Assembly (NCBI GenBank): GCA_965235115.1
Contig: OZ249436.1
Location: 49,354,001-49,418,000 of the forward strand
Direction of reading: 5' to 3'
Length of the DNA: 64,000 nt
Source: Laetmonice hystrix
Taxonomy: Eukaryota
Of the stretch, positions 13,943-27,125 are shown piece after piece (the first letter of the stretch is position 1; each line of letters starts with the position of its first letter). The notes beneath the pieces were generated by a model. The model was not told the DNA's origin. It did no database searches and worked only from the letters and a program-made list of their open reading frames with translations. The translations under genes were made by a program, and so were the position numbers.

Positions 13943-16745
13943 CTCCATAACGTATGGACAATAGGTTTTATCTGCCAATCCATAGGTTTGCTGGGAGACA
14001 CGCGTGTGGGAGGAGAGGGTGAGGGTGTGACGTACGCGTGTAACAGGTCGAAGGGTTTATCAAAATTTGATAAAGGTTCGACCAAGAATCTAAACCGGCT
14101 GCCAAGAGAGTATGACGTATATATTGGTATGGTTATCACACGAGCCGCAGGCCGAAGGAACAGAGTCATCTGAAAGTTACGTGGTTTGAAACAAATGAGA
14201 GAGACAGAGTAACAATGACGTCATGATTTGATGGTGTTGTTTTGAGATAAATGTATAGGTGAATATAATCTGGCAGGGTCCTTTCCATGACAGTTAGGGA
14301 AGACGAAGGTCTCTGCATGGTTGTTCAGGAGACTCTGAATTGATCGGATGGACAACCATCAGCGTGTTACATCTGTCGCCTTGTGATGGTCCAGACGACG
14401 TCATCCAGAGGTTGTCAGTGCGGCCGCTGTATTCATAACGTGATTGGACGGAGATGTATTAGGATACCCCTGTACCAAAACTAGCCAGGAACCAATGATG
14501 CTACCAGGTTGTCACCTGTCCAGACATATCCTGGGCGACACAGAAGTATTTACGTTCGGGGAGAGGCGATGCCATGGCTTCAAGGTAAGGCAAAAGGTAC
14601 TACAGTTACCGTATGTAGTAAGATGTATTTTAGTAAAAGTTTTTTTTTCAACTGATGCTGCGATACTTCTTAATCCTTAAAAGACTTTTTGTTCGAGGTG
14701 CTTCTTTACTTATTCACGTTTACTATGGATATGCAAATCCTTACCCCACAGTTTTTCATGGTCTTTTATGGTAACCTTTTTTCTAGTTTCTGCATTATTC
14801 TTTAAGTCGGTCGATTTGACCAGAGTGAGGTCAATAGGCGGAGATCTGTGGGCATGACTAACACTGGTGGGGTATTCAAAGTAAGCCATTGAATGGGGTT
14901 ATATCTCTCAGGTTGGCCTCAGGGAAACGTTTTGTTACCGCTTAGTGACTCGTCTCAGTGGGGGACTTCTTTGAGAAGAGCTCTTGATTTTACAACATCT
15001 GCAAGTAGGAGGCGAATAATGGCGGACAGCCTATTGTAAATTACCCGGTGCTTCTACTGCCGCATGCGAAGGGCGCACGTGCTTGGAGAGAGAAAAAGAC
15101 GCCATGTGCCATTCATGTAGCACCATTACAGTGTGAACGCTGTCCATGGGACTGCCTTCTCGTATACCGTCAATACCTTCGGTGGCAGGTCACCTTGGCA
15201 ACTGATAACGGATGGCATATATACTATTGTTTCCCACACGTACCTGGGCTATATTTATATGTGTGTAATGATGAGGACATAACACGCCTATTTGACATGG
15301 TCCGGATTGAATCTTTTGGACAGGATATTTATTGATTTCGTTGATTGATGCAGTACTTGAATGCATAACATAATATGCCCGCATGTACAGTGGCTACATA
15401 AGTTAATTAGGAGTTTTTGCATAATTTTGCTTTAAAGCTTTTAAACTTGCTCATAGGACCTGTTGTACCCCCCAGTTCCATGCCGGGTGGGATGGGTGAT
15501 AATAAGGGGGAAGAAATGCAAAAGAAATCTACCAGCGGGAGAAAATATCCTACTCCTTTGCGAAAGATTTTTGGCTCATAGATTTTCTAAATTGCACGGA
15601 CACGGCTAGCCAATCCTCTCATGTCCCAGCTGCGGAGCACTGGGGTACGTCAAGGAGAGAAAAGATAATGGAAGGAAGCAGGCCCATCTGTGCCAAGCAA
15701 TCCGACACTCGTCTTTAACCAGCCCTCGCCCCATACGTCGCCTCTTACGAACAGCCAGGGTTGGGAGCTGAGGATGAACATGTTGTGTACACGTCAATGA
15801 AGGACGTGTACTATTTGTAGACCATTTTCCTGGGACGCCGGTCGACGACCGAACTTATTGTAAAGAGTGTTACAAAACCTGCCGTGCTAGCACAGACATG
15901 TGACGGATGTAAAAATCCTATTGCTGTGGTAAGTGATACCGCCTTGTCTGAGAACGAGGCTTCATGAGATGGTAATTCAGGACATAGCGGAGATGTAAAT
16001 GCTTGTACTGTATGTACGTCATGGAAGCCACTGTCCCCCACAGGCCTATACTGAAGGAGCCAGGCACGTAGTCCGTGAACATCATTACGTTGATTCTCTA
16101 CTATTGAATTAGGATGCGGTCGGCTTGAGCGTCCTTGAGTTTGTCCCAATGTTTAGCCTGATCTGGATAATCGAGACAGTGTTCAGGATTATCATGCTAG
16201 AAACATATTGTAATTTGGTATACCAAATGTGTATCAATGTTATTTTTTGTTCCTTAGATATTTTCACAGTTACCCTGAAAACATTGTATAAAAACATTTG
16301 TTTCACGTCTTTGAAGACTACTGGGTAATATAAATGACATAGTCACTATGAAGTACACATGAATTAAATCTTACCATTTGTAATTCTTTGACTTCAGATG
16401 AGTGGTCTCTTCCTTAATGGCTGTCGTTTGTGGTGGTGTTTCAGTCTAATGTAAGTATTGCCCCCCTCTGGTTTATAACGAGTATGATTATAACATTACT
16501 GTAGAAGTTAGGGAATACAAGTATATTTATAACTTAGTTCTATGGCAATAGATATATCTTGGCCAGATGCTGCATAGAACATTGCGGCGCACATTACGCA
16601 CCCACAAAATTGTTGGTATTTCTGTACATTTGAATTCTTTCAATAGGTAAACGGTATTCGTCCGTCTGCTTTTTATTCTATGTAACCAATTAATATCCCA
16701 CGCCCTGGTATAGAAAACCACTCTTTCGGGATACGATATCCTGGT

Positions 16746-17330
16746 GGTTGAGTGAGGGACTGCAGGGGACAGGAGAGTTAGTGAGGGACTGCGGGGGACA
16801 GAAGGGTTAGTGAGGGACTGCAGCGGACAGGAGGGTTAGTGAGGGACTGCAGGGGACAGAAGGGTTAGTGAGGGACTGCAGGGGATAGAAGGGTTAGTGA
16901 GGGACTGCAGGGGACAGGAGGGTTAGTGAGGGACTGCGGGGGACAGAAGGGTTAGTGAGGGACTGCAGCGGACAGGAGGGTTAGTCAGGGACTGCAGGGG
17001 ACAGGAGGGTTAGTGAGGGACTGCAGGGGACAGGAGGGTTAGTGAGGGACTGCAGGGGACAGGAGGGTTAGTGAGGGACTGCAGGGGACAGGAGGGTTAG
17101 TGAGGGACTGCAGGGGATAGAGGGGCGAGTGAGGGACTGCAGGGGACAGGAGGGTTAGTGAGGGACTGCAGGGGATAGAGGGGCGAGTGAGGGACTGCAG
17201 GGGACAGGAGGGTTAGTGAGGGACTGCAGGGGACAGGAGGGTTAGTGAGGGACAGCAGGGGACAGAAGGGTTAGTGAGGGACTGCAGGGGACAGGAGGGT
17301 TAGTGAGTGACTGCAGGGGACAGAAGGTTA
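16746..17330. repeat. Minisatellite, 29-bp unit, ~20 copies
   Basis: Unit gttagtgagggactgcaggggacaggagg. Confidence 0.96.
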
Positions 17331-18815
17331 ACGGTTGAAAGGAGGCTTCTCGATAGACTGCCTTTTGTAAAGCCCTATTTGAGCTATATCATAAGACTTA
17401 GGCCATGATTATAAAAAGTATGTATTTTTTTAAAGTCACGCTTTCATAAAGCAGAGGGGTTCCTTTCTTCTGTTAGTTTTACATTTTTCTACAATGTTCA
17501 TGCATCCCTGTTGCCCCAGGCAGTGCCCCTGAGATGCTGGATTTCTTAAACCTTTGTCAGTGTCGCGACGACACCTCAGCCTTGTGTGGGAACCCAGTCA
17601 CATTGTGTGACTGGTCCCGGCGGTCCTGACTCCCGCTTCTGGGGGATCGAATCTGTCATTCATAAAACGATTGATCTTAATCGATGAGAAAACAGGGTGT
17701 TACTGCAGCAGTCGTTCAACCATTCAGAAAACATTGTGAACAGGTCGGCTAGTTCTTTCGGGGCTGGTCCATGATGACGCCCCCCCCCCTACCAACCACG
17801 TCATTCTGCTGATCATCCTAAGGATATAACTGCAGTCTTGAGCACGCAGAACTTGTAAAGTAAATATGACATGAATCCATAGCGACGCCTGCCGATCAGG
17901 ATTCCGCCCATGTCGTGGCAATATAAAGATCACTCATATGAATGTATTTCTGAATCTGTCCGCTGTGCCCCACGGGAGACTTAGTGGCGGCAAACTCAGC
18001 ACGATAGGACGCAGACGACAAACGTCACATTCCCGTGAGCCTGCGTCGCGTCATGTTATGGTATGCAAGCCAGACCGTAGAGAGTCGGTATCATTTTCAT
18101 TTTTATTTCCCCTGATGAGTTGATCTTATTTCTCTCTTGCATATTGCATAAAGTAATTATTTCGAGTCTCCAAAAACAGGACGCCTGAAAAGAGGCATGG
18201 TTTGTCATCGCCATTCCACTTAGCGGAAGTGTTTTATCGCAAATTACGGCAATTATCAAACACATTCATCAGCTGGGCTTAATATAATCTGGGGCTAACT
18301 AAAACCGAGCCATTGTTTAGAACGTCTCTTTTTGTCTTCATTTTAAACATGCTATTGTTATCATTATTTCATAGAGTCTTTCATTAAGGTACATGAGACC
18401 GTTGATATATGATTCCTTTGATAATTCCTCATTGTGATCTGTCTTCAAAGTCACTTTTACGGAAACTAGTCCGTGGAGGCTTACAAGACAAAGAGCAGTT
18501 TTGTCTTCATCAAATATGCACTAAGATACCGCGATTTATGTGACTTTTTTTGGTTACTCTGCTTTTACGAAAATATGTGTCAAATTCTATCTGAGAGTGT
18601 AAAGCGACCCTAAAGATTGATTCGGTGCGCAGCGTTTCATACTTGGCCTCTATTATAAGCAGGCCATCTGGCCGTCCCATGAGTTCCCGAAACTGTGTGC
18701 AACGTCAACTTTATTGTGTACACCAGCATATTAAATAGGAAACACGCGCTTTCTTCCCATCCCTGCTTGGCCACGGTCAGAACAACATGCCACGGAAAAA
18801 GTTCTACTCGACCAA

Positions 18816-19101
18816 GTACATACATGACACGACAACAAGACTACCAGCACACCAAAACACGTACATATACATGACACGACACCAAGACTACCAGCACACC
18901 AAAACACGTACATACATGACACGACAACAAGACTACCAGCACACCAAAACACGTACATACATGACACGACAACAAGACTACCAGCACACCAAAACACGTA
19001 CATACATGACACGACAACAAGACTGCCAGGACACCAAAACACGTACATACATGACACGACAACAACACTACCAGCACACCAAAACACGTATATACATGAC
19101 A
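18816..19101. repeat. Minisatellite, 45-bp unit, ~6 copies
   Basis: Unit gtacatacatgacacgacaacaagactaccagcacaccaaaacac. Confidence 0.95.
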
Positions 19102-19440
19102 ACACACTTACAAGGGCCTTATTCTACACAGACTTCCCCATTAAAGTTGAATCCAGTATTTCATTTTTATAGACTATAAAACTTATTAGCCTTTGTCCAG
19201 TATGCTTTCAAATCGCTTGGTGACTGTGCTACGGATATATACTAGTTTTATGTCCCAAATAGGATCTTTATCCATGGCATATCAACTGAGTGATACTGAC
19301 AATGTATGTATAGGTAACAACATTCAAAATGGGCCAATTTCCACATTACTGCCAGGTTGGCACTACTGTTAGCAAACTCCATTTTAAGATGATCGTATCA
19401 GACAAGAACAGTTTTTCAGATAATATTATATCGGATCATT

Positions 19441-20802
19441 TCCTAGTTGTTGCAGTTGTTGTCTTAGTCCTAGTTGTTGCAGACACAGGTAGGTCGGGTG
19501 AGCCGATATTAAGATTAGTCCTAGTTGTTGCAGACACAGGTAGGTCGGGTGAGCCGATATTAAGAATAGTCCTAGTTGTTGCAGACACAGGTAGGTCGGG
19601 TGAGCCGATATTAAGATTAGTCCTAGTTGTTGCAGACACAGGTAGATCGGCTAAGCGGATATTAAGATTAGTCCTAGTTGTTGCAGACACAGGTAGGTCG
19701 GGTGAGCCGATATTAAGATTAGTCCTAGTTGTTGCAGACACAGGTAGGTCGGGTGAGCCGATATTAAGATTAGTCCTAGTTGTTGCAGACACAGGTAGGT
19801 CGGATGAGCCGATATTAAGATTAGTCCTAGTTGTTGCAGACACAGGTAGGTCGGCTGAGCCGATATTAAGATTAGTCCTAGTTGTTGCAGACACAGGTAG
19901 GTCGGGTGAGCCGATATTAAGATTAGTCCTAGTTGTTGTCGTAGTCCTAGTTGTTGTCGTCAGGTAGGTCGGGTGAGCCGATATTAAGATTAGTCCTAGT
20001 TGTTGCATACACAGGTAGGTCGGCTGAGCCGACATTAAGATTAGTCCTAGTTGTTGCAGACACAGGTAGGTCGGCTGAGCCGACATTAAGATTAGTCCTA
20101 GTTGTTGCAGACGCAGGTAGGTCGGGTGAGCCGATATTAAGATTAGTCCTAGTTGTTGCAGACACAGGTAGGTCGGGTGAGCCGATATTAAGATTAGTCC
20201 TAGTTGTTGCAGACACAGGTAGGTCGGGTGAGCCGATATTAAGATTAGTCCTAGTTGTTGCAGACACAGGTAGGTCGGATGAGCCGACATTAAGATTAGT
20301 CCTAGTTGTTGCAGACGCAGGTAGGTCGGGTGAGCCGATATTAAGATTAGTCCTAGTTGTTGCAGACGCAGGTAGGTCGGCTGAGCCGACATTAAGATTA
20401 GTCCTAGTTGTTGCAGACACAGGTAGGTCGGCTGAGCCGACATTAAGATTAGTCCTAGTTGTTGCAGACGCAGGTAGGTCGGGTGAGCCGATATTAAGAT
20501 TAGTCCTAGTTGTTGCAGACGCAGGTAGGTCGGGTGAGCCGATATTAAGATTAGTCCTAGTTGTTGCAGATACAGGTAGGTCGGGTGAGCCGATATTAAG
20601 ATTAGTCCTAGTTGTTGCAGACACAGGTAGGTCGGCTAAGCCGATATTAAGATTAGTCCTAGTTGTTGCAGACACAGGTAGGTCGGGTGAGCCGATATTA
20701 AGATTAGTCCTAGTTGTTGCAGACGCAGGTAGGTCGGGTGAGCCGATATTAAGATTAGTCCTAGTTGTTGCAGACACAGGTAGGTCGGGTGAGCCGATAT
20801 TA
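19441..20802. repeat. Minisatellite, 51-bp unit, ~26 copies
   Basis: Unit tcctagttgttgcagacacaggtaggtcgggtgagccgatattaagattag, with one interrupted unit at ~19930-19960. The unit is a multiple of 3, which yields ORFs on both strands. Confidence 0.97.
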
Positions 20803-21267
20803 TGAAGGGAAGTAGCACAGACAAACTGAGGGCGACTATAACGACGTGGGAGGGGGGGGGGATATTTACACTATGTCATATTAAATTATGCTCGGCTCGA
20901 TCTGGCAGATATACATAGCCTATATATCTGAGCTTGCATTAGTATCACTTTCACATCGATTGCTGTACTGAAAAAAAAAGGCAGCGTGTTTTTTTAATGA
21001 GTAAATCGATAAAGGATGCGGTGTTTCGCACGGTAAGGGATTGGGGGGGGGGTATCCCTCCATAATCACGTGAGATATTCAGATCTAGAGGTTGTCAGTG
21101 TTCAGTGTCAGTGTTGTCAGGGTTGGCCCAGGGGCGCGGGATCATCTCATAATCATCACACAATGGCTTTCAGCGTACTTACCTTGATCTCGTCTTGATA
21201 TATCTGAAATACTGCGGACTGGACGCTAAACAACTACTCACTCGTATGGCCGACTATATAACTATAC

Positions 21268-21527
21268 TATTCTTCGTGAGCCAGGCGTCATTCACGTGCT
21301 ACGTGCCGGTGGTCTGACGTTTCCGTCATGTTATTCTTTGTGAGCCAGGCGTCATTCACGTGCTACGTGCCGGTGGTCTGACGTTTACATCATGTTATTC
21401 TTTGTGAGCCAGGCGTCATTCACGTGCTACGTGCCGGTGGTCTGACGTTTACATCATGTTATTCTTTGTGAGCCAGGCGTCATTCACGTGCTACGTGCCG
21501 GTGGTCTGACGTTTCCGTCATGTTATC
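21268..21527. repeat. Tandem repeat, 64-bp unit, 4 copies
   Basis: Unit tattctttgtgagccaggcgtcattcacgtgctacgtgccggtggtctgacgttt(c/a)c(g/a)tcatgt, period 21276 to 21340. Confidence 0.95.
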
Positions 21528-23049
21528 AGGCGCTGTATCGAGTTCGAAACGAAATGGCAGTCGCCCCCCTGTCTGACAACTGGCAAACCGACAGTCTGAC
21601 TCCTTCAGCCAAACACTTCGACAGTGAATCAGACAGTATCGGGATAAATACTTCAGAACAACCACCTCGCCTGTAGTCTTTGGAATTTTGACTTTCTTTA
21701 CCTTCTTGTTGCCCCGCTCCGCCTTGTAACACCCAACATGTTTTAATACGTTCTGCAGGCAATGTCCAAAGGAACAGCCTTGAAAAGTAGTATACGAAAA
21801 GAATGTTCCAGATTTGAAGGATCTGAAATAATAAGAAATAAGAAATGACCTTTTATTTCCATCACACAGCCTAGAGATGAATGAGTTTATCTCATAGAGG
21901 ATACTCAAGACATGGAGTGTAAAGTGTAAAGATCGTCGTACATATACTTCAGATTGTAAGTTGCCATTCTGAGCCGATTCGATGTATTCGTGAGAAAATG
22001 AGCCCTGCACTACAAGTGCTTTCAGGAGTAGAAAACGCTGTCTTTGACGAACAAAGGAGACAGGAGGAGGGGGATCTTTTGCTCGGGTCGGTTTCGCGGG
22101 CAAACTATGCTCCTGCTTTGTTTTTGTTAAGTATAGACTGTCGGCACATCACAGATCTATGCCAAGACGGAATGAATAATTGTTCACCGTAGCTGTAGTG
22201 ATGGAGAAATTATAGCATGAATGCGTCACTGGCTTATAGCATGAATACTTCACCCAAAGAAACATGTCACTTTTTATTATGACTGCATGAGATGAGCTAG
22301 CAACATCACTGTTGTCGATTTGACACAGTTTCTCCCCTGTCCATAACTTTTCAATTAGTACACAGGGCAGGTTCTTCTTCCTTCACTTGAAATATTTTCT
22401 TCCGATTTCTTGCTTCCCTGCTCCTGATCGCTGTTCTAATTATATATGTATGTAATGTTGTATTAAAATATTATGATCTCTCGAAATGAGTAAGATATCA
22501 CAGAATAACTATAAAAAAACTCAAGCATCCGCTGCTATAGCCATCTCCTAACAATTCTTTTATTTCGGAATGGTACGCACGAATACGTACACTACTGCGT
22601 TATTCCCCGTAATAATGTCATTGAATACAGCTAAACATAAAGCTGTACATGTATGTTGTATTGTCATAATCACAGAACTATTCTCGTCGCATCTGCTGCA
22701 TTGAAACAACTAAATTAGAATGGAATCTACTATTACTAATACAGACCCACGCAAGGGCGGATCCAGGAATTTTGGAATGGGGGGAGGCGCAGTCCCCCCC
22801 CCCCAGCTAGTGCCTGATGCGTGCACGCGAAAGCGAAAAAGGTTGTCTTCGAAAAGTGAGTGAGAGAGAACTGTTTATTATACAAAAGTCTTCTTTTTTA
22901 AAATCCTTCTAAATAAGTTCATGTCCATAAGAGGGGAGGGAGTGAAGTTTTAACAAACTCCATTCCCTTCGTATCAGGTCTTTCTCTCGTAAAACGGCGT
23001 ACCCTTGATGGTGTGACAATTTACATCCATTCATTCCCACATAGATCTA

Positions 23050-23342
23050 CACACTCATGGCCAGTCGTGTAAGCACAACTCCCAGTATGATATCCGACAC
23101 ACTCATGGCCAGTCGTGTAAGCACAACTCCCCACAGTATGATATCCCACACACTCATGGCCAGTCGTGTAAGCACAACTCCCAGTATGATATCCGACACA
23201 CTCATGGCCAGTCGTGTAAGCACAACTCCCAGTATGATATCCGACACACTCATGGCCAGTCGTGTAAGCACAACTCCCAGTATGATATCCGACACACTCA
23301 TGGCCAGTCGTGTAAGCACAACTCCCAGTATGATATCCCACA
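23050..23342. repeat. Minisatellite, 48-bp unit, 6 copies
   Basis: Unit cacactcatggccagtcgtgtaagcacaactcccagtatgatatccga. Confidence 0.95.
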
Positions 23343-23475
23343 ATAATAAAACACAGCATTGTTTAAAAGAATAGGCAGGCATAATGTATAGTGCTTAATT
23401 TGGATTAAAAAGCTTTTCTTTGGTTAGTTTATATCCGATACATGCGGATACAACCCCCTGCCTCCCCCTTGCCTG

Positions 23476-23478
<3 letters not shown>

Positions 23479-23520
<42 letters not shown>
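23479..23520. repeat. (GA)n microsatellite
   Basis: Pure ag run of ~21 units. Confidence 0.95.
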
Positions 23521-23521
<1 letters not shown>

Positions 23522-24066
23522 ATTAATGGAACTAAGAGAGAGGGACAGAGCATTAATGGAACTAAAACAATTTCCTCCTACAACCTCAGAGGATCTGATA
23601 GAAATGGATGTATTGTTAACAAACCATATCGCTCCTTCTGTGTGCATCATGACCTACATTCATGAAAGCTTGCCACTCCAAGAAACTGACGTCATCACTC
23701 GTGTACAGCTCAATGAACATGGCGTAAAACCTACTGTGGTGATGTTTCCTTATCAGAAATATGATTGTGACATAACTAGATTGAATGAGAGGTTGACTGT
23801 TTTGCTTTTATACACATGTACAATACGTACGTGACATTTGAGGCCGACATAATTGTCAATAGGTTAACTGAGATTGCCATTCCTCTAAACCATATAGGCC
23901 TAGTATAATGTCAGGTTTAAAACTGTTAGGGAAAACAATTAGGCCTATTACGGAAAGGGAATAGGCATGATTATTTATCTGATAAAGATAGCACAGAAGA
24001 TGTTATACTTGGGCCAAATAGATAAGTCAAAATTATTTTCAAAGTTTCAGTTGCTGTAGTACGGAA

Positions 24067-24290
24067 CCCTGTTGGGGACATGAAGAGAAATGAGGTGTGG
24101 TGATCTCGAAATTACCACTTAGTGACGTCATTAACTCGTTACCACAATTTTCTTTTCTCTGAAACGAACGCGATTAACTCGTAATAACGACTTAGTGACG
24201 TCATTAAGTCGTAATAACGAGTTAATGACGTCACTAAGTGGTAATTTCGAGATCACCGCAAAAACTTTTCTCTTCATGTCCCCAACAGGG
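24067..24290. mobile_element. Palindromic MITE / foldback non-autonomous DNA element
   Basis: Two perfect inverted blocks: 24 bp ccctgttggggacatgaagagaaa (24067-24090 vs 24267-24290) and 43 bp ggtgatctcgaaattaccacttagtgacgtcattaactcgtta (24099-24141 vs 24215-24257). Internal sub-repeats present. No clear TSD; the right extremity may be eroded. Confidence 0.8.
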
Positions 24291-25330
24291 CAAAAAAATA
24301 CAATATACGGTGAGAACGCGCGGTCCCTTGTTCCCACGCTATAATATTTATACGGTAGGCCTGTGACTATAACATTGAAAGGCCCTAGGTAAAAGGTCGT
24401 TTGGAGGTAACGTGATGTCAGAAAACTACCTTCACACAATGAACAACGTCACCAGCACGTCGTTCGTTTCATCTAAACCGGCGGCAAGAGAAACGGGTTT
24501 CTTGATTATGTCGAGTTCAAACAGCCGAGCACTAGATATCCTCACCCGGTCCCTATGTAACGAAATCCCCTACCTTCACTGATGTGACGTTGATTTAGTT
24601 AATCAAAAGTAATGGAATCAAAATAAGGCAATGTAACCTTGGCCTTCACCTGTCGCCGAGCTGATAATTGGAATCGTGAAGTCGCCAAGGACAGGTAGTT
24701 ACAATGATTATGTAGCTGTTGCTACCGGCGACAGGATGTAGGATGACACCACCTTAAAAACTGACATCGGTCGCCATGGCGCCGCCTGGGATGGGGGTGA
24801 GCAGGGGGTCGAGGAGCTGGGGGGCTAGGGGGTGATTCACCTGCTTCTCCTGTCATGGCTGCACCTCAACAGGGAGAAAGTGGCCAGGCGGCTGGGGAGG
24901 AAAGGCTTTTTTTTATTTCACCAAGAAAATGGGAGAAAATCATCTTTTATAGCAGTGTATCTGGAAATATTTAAGTACTCACCCTTCTTTGATATAATGG
25001 GGTAGAATGCTTCTTTCGACAATGTATTGTGGTAATTTATTATAACCAAATTCCTTAAAACAATATAACGAGATTTTAGTTAACCCATGTTTGGGGTAAG
25101 TACCGGTACGTAGCCTCTGTGCAGTCGTCCCAAATGAGGGTGTGTGTTTGCCATAATAAAATACCGCCCCGTGGTTCTGGAGAGCGATACTAGGTGGCGC
25201 TGCACTTGCGCTGCACTTGCTCTTTGTGCTGTAGTCGTATACTTTGGCGCCACCTCGTGATAGGTGAAGCGGGCAGGTGAAGCGCGCATTGTTCTTTCAA
25301 ATCAGCACCTTTTACATTCTGAGGTGATGT

Positions 25331-25524
25331 AGAGGGACAGAGGGACACAGTCGGAGACAGAGAGACACATACAGAGAGAAAGAGAGACAGACAGAGAGAC
25401 AGACAGAGAGACGGAGAGAGACCCGGAGAAACAGAGACACAGAGAAAAAGAGATACAGAGAGACAGAGACACACAGAGAAACAGAGAGACAAACAGAGGG
25501 ACACAGAGAAAGAGAGGGAGAGAG

Positions 25525-25570
<46 letters not shown>

Positions 25571-25599
25571 GAAGAGAGAGAGGCAGAGAGAGAGAGAGC
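25331..25599. repeat. Compound GA/GACA-rich microsatellite
   Basis: Purine-rich low-complexity tract ending in pure (GA)n. Confidence 0.92.
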
Positions 25600-26610
25600 A
25601 GAAGTAGAACATAGGGCCTACGTGTTACCATAACGAAATCTATAGGACGTCCCTGTAATGAAAGTTATAGACTAATAGATATTATAGGCCCTTGTCCCTG
25701 TAGTTGTGGTATCAGTGTATGTTCGGGGAGGGGGGGGGGAGGCTTACACGATAGACATTTTACAGTGGTTTATAGATTGTTTAGTGCAGGATATCGAAAT
25801 GTTTGTAGTCTGATATTTCTATGAACTCAGTATTGCCGGACATGCATATTTTACGCAGGGAATTACCGAAAAATATGAGTGGCAATCAAAAATTCCTTGT
25901 GTTTTATAGTGCAGCTTACAGTCTCAAGGGGTGTACGGACAAAGGGGCTAAGTGATGTACATTTTCATGTTCAGTTTCATGAGTCCCAAAACTTCGAGCC
26001 ACACAACCAAATGCCGGGAGAGGGGGTCGCGGGGTCGTATACACGTAAATCTAATAGAAAAGACTGATATTTGCCCAGATTGATCGCATTCTGGCAGGCC
26101 GGTCGGGGTGGGGGTGTGGAATTATAGTGTAGACCGACCGCATTGGACGCAGTGACCGTTCAATGACGTCATAACGTGGGCGATTACCATCACCACATCA
26201 AAGCGAGCGTCTGAAAAACTAAGTATATTGATGGGGGTATATATCGATTGCTTCACTGTACTGGTAGGCCTCCCGGGGTGGGGTCGAAAATAAATGCCAT
26301 TATAATGGCAGAGAGGGGTAAATAAACAAACACCAACGCCCTGTAATTTGACTGTATAAATAGCACAAGTGGCTGTGGAGAGTGATTCCATTTAATATAG
26401 AATAGTTTAATGGAGGTCTGCAGACGTTGGTAGGTGCTGCTGCCCGTGTATAGAATCCACGGCTCTTGCTGTGGGGATATACACGGCCGACATATAAACT
26501 CATCGATCCACCGGCAATTTCTTTTTGAAATATAGATGTAGAATTTATGAATGCATCTTTGCAAACGCGCAGGTCTAATGGCGAACACACACACACTGCG
26601 ATTACCTATC

Positions 26611-27125
26611 GTGACCTGCAACAGCTTGCGACCGTCGCACGACGGCCCGTCGCTATGACAATGAGTGACCTGCAACAGTTTGCGACCGTCGCACGACGGT
26701 CCGTCGCTATGACAATGAGTGACCTGCAACAGCTTGCGACCGTCGGCCGACGGCCCGTCGCTATGACAATGAGTGACCTGCAACAGCTTGCGACCGTCGC
26801 ACGACGGTCCGTCGCTATGACAATGAGTGACCTGCAACAGTTTGCGACCGTCGCACGACGGTCCGTCGCTATGACAATGAGTGACCTGCAACAGCTTGCG
26901 ACCGTCGGCCGACGGCCCGTCGCTATGACAATGAGTGACCTGCAACAGCTTGCGACCGTCGCACGACGGTCCGTCGCTATGACAATGAGTGACCTGCAAC
27001 AGTTTGCGACCGTCGCACGACGGCCCGTCGCTATGACAATGAGTGACCTGCAACAGTTTGCGACCGTCGCACGACGGTCCGTCGCTATGACAATGAGTGA
27101 CCTGCAACAGTTTGCGACCGTCGCA
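26611..27125. repeat. Minisatellite, 54-bp unit, ~9.5 copies
   Basis: Unit gtgacctgcaacag(c/t)ttgcgaccgtcgcacgacgg(c/t)ccgtcgctatgacaatga. Confidence 0.96.

Noticed and set aside
19329..20824. 212-335-aa repetitive ORFs on both strands
   Set aside because: The 51-bp unit is a multiple of 3. ORFs are open on both strands and end at or near array edges or the internal disruption.
21480..22103. 207-aa non-repetitive ORF
   Set aside because: No recognisable domain, non-ATG start, and it ends inside a tandem repeat. A BLASTX or RNA-seq hit would be needed to revive it.
22753..22815. Possible MITE end gggcggatccagga...ggggg, with a complementary-looking cccctggatccggcc at ~12936
   Set aside because: Only single ends are visible, they are in the wrong order to form one element, and no TSD is evident. 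At most old fragments.
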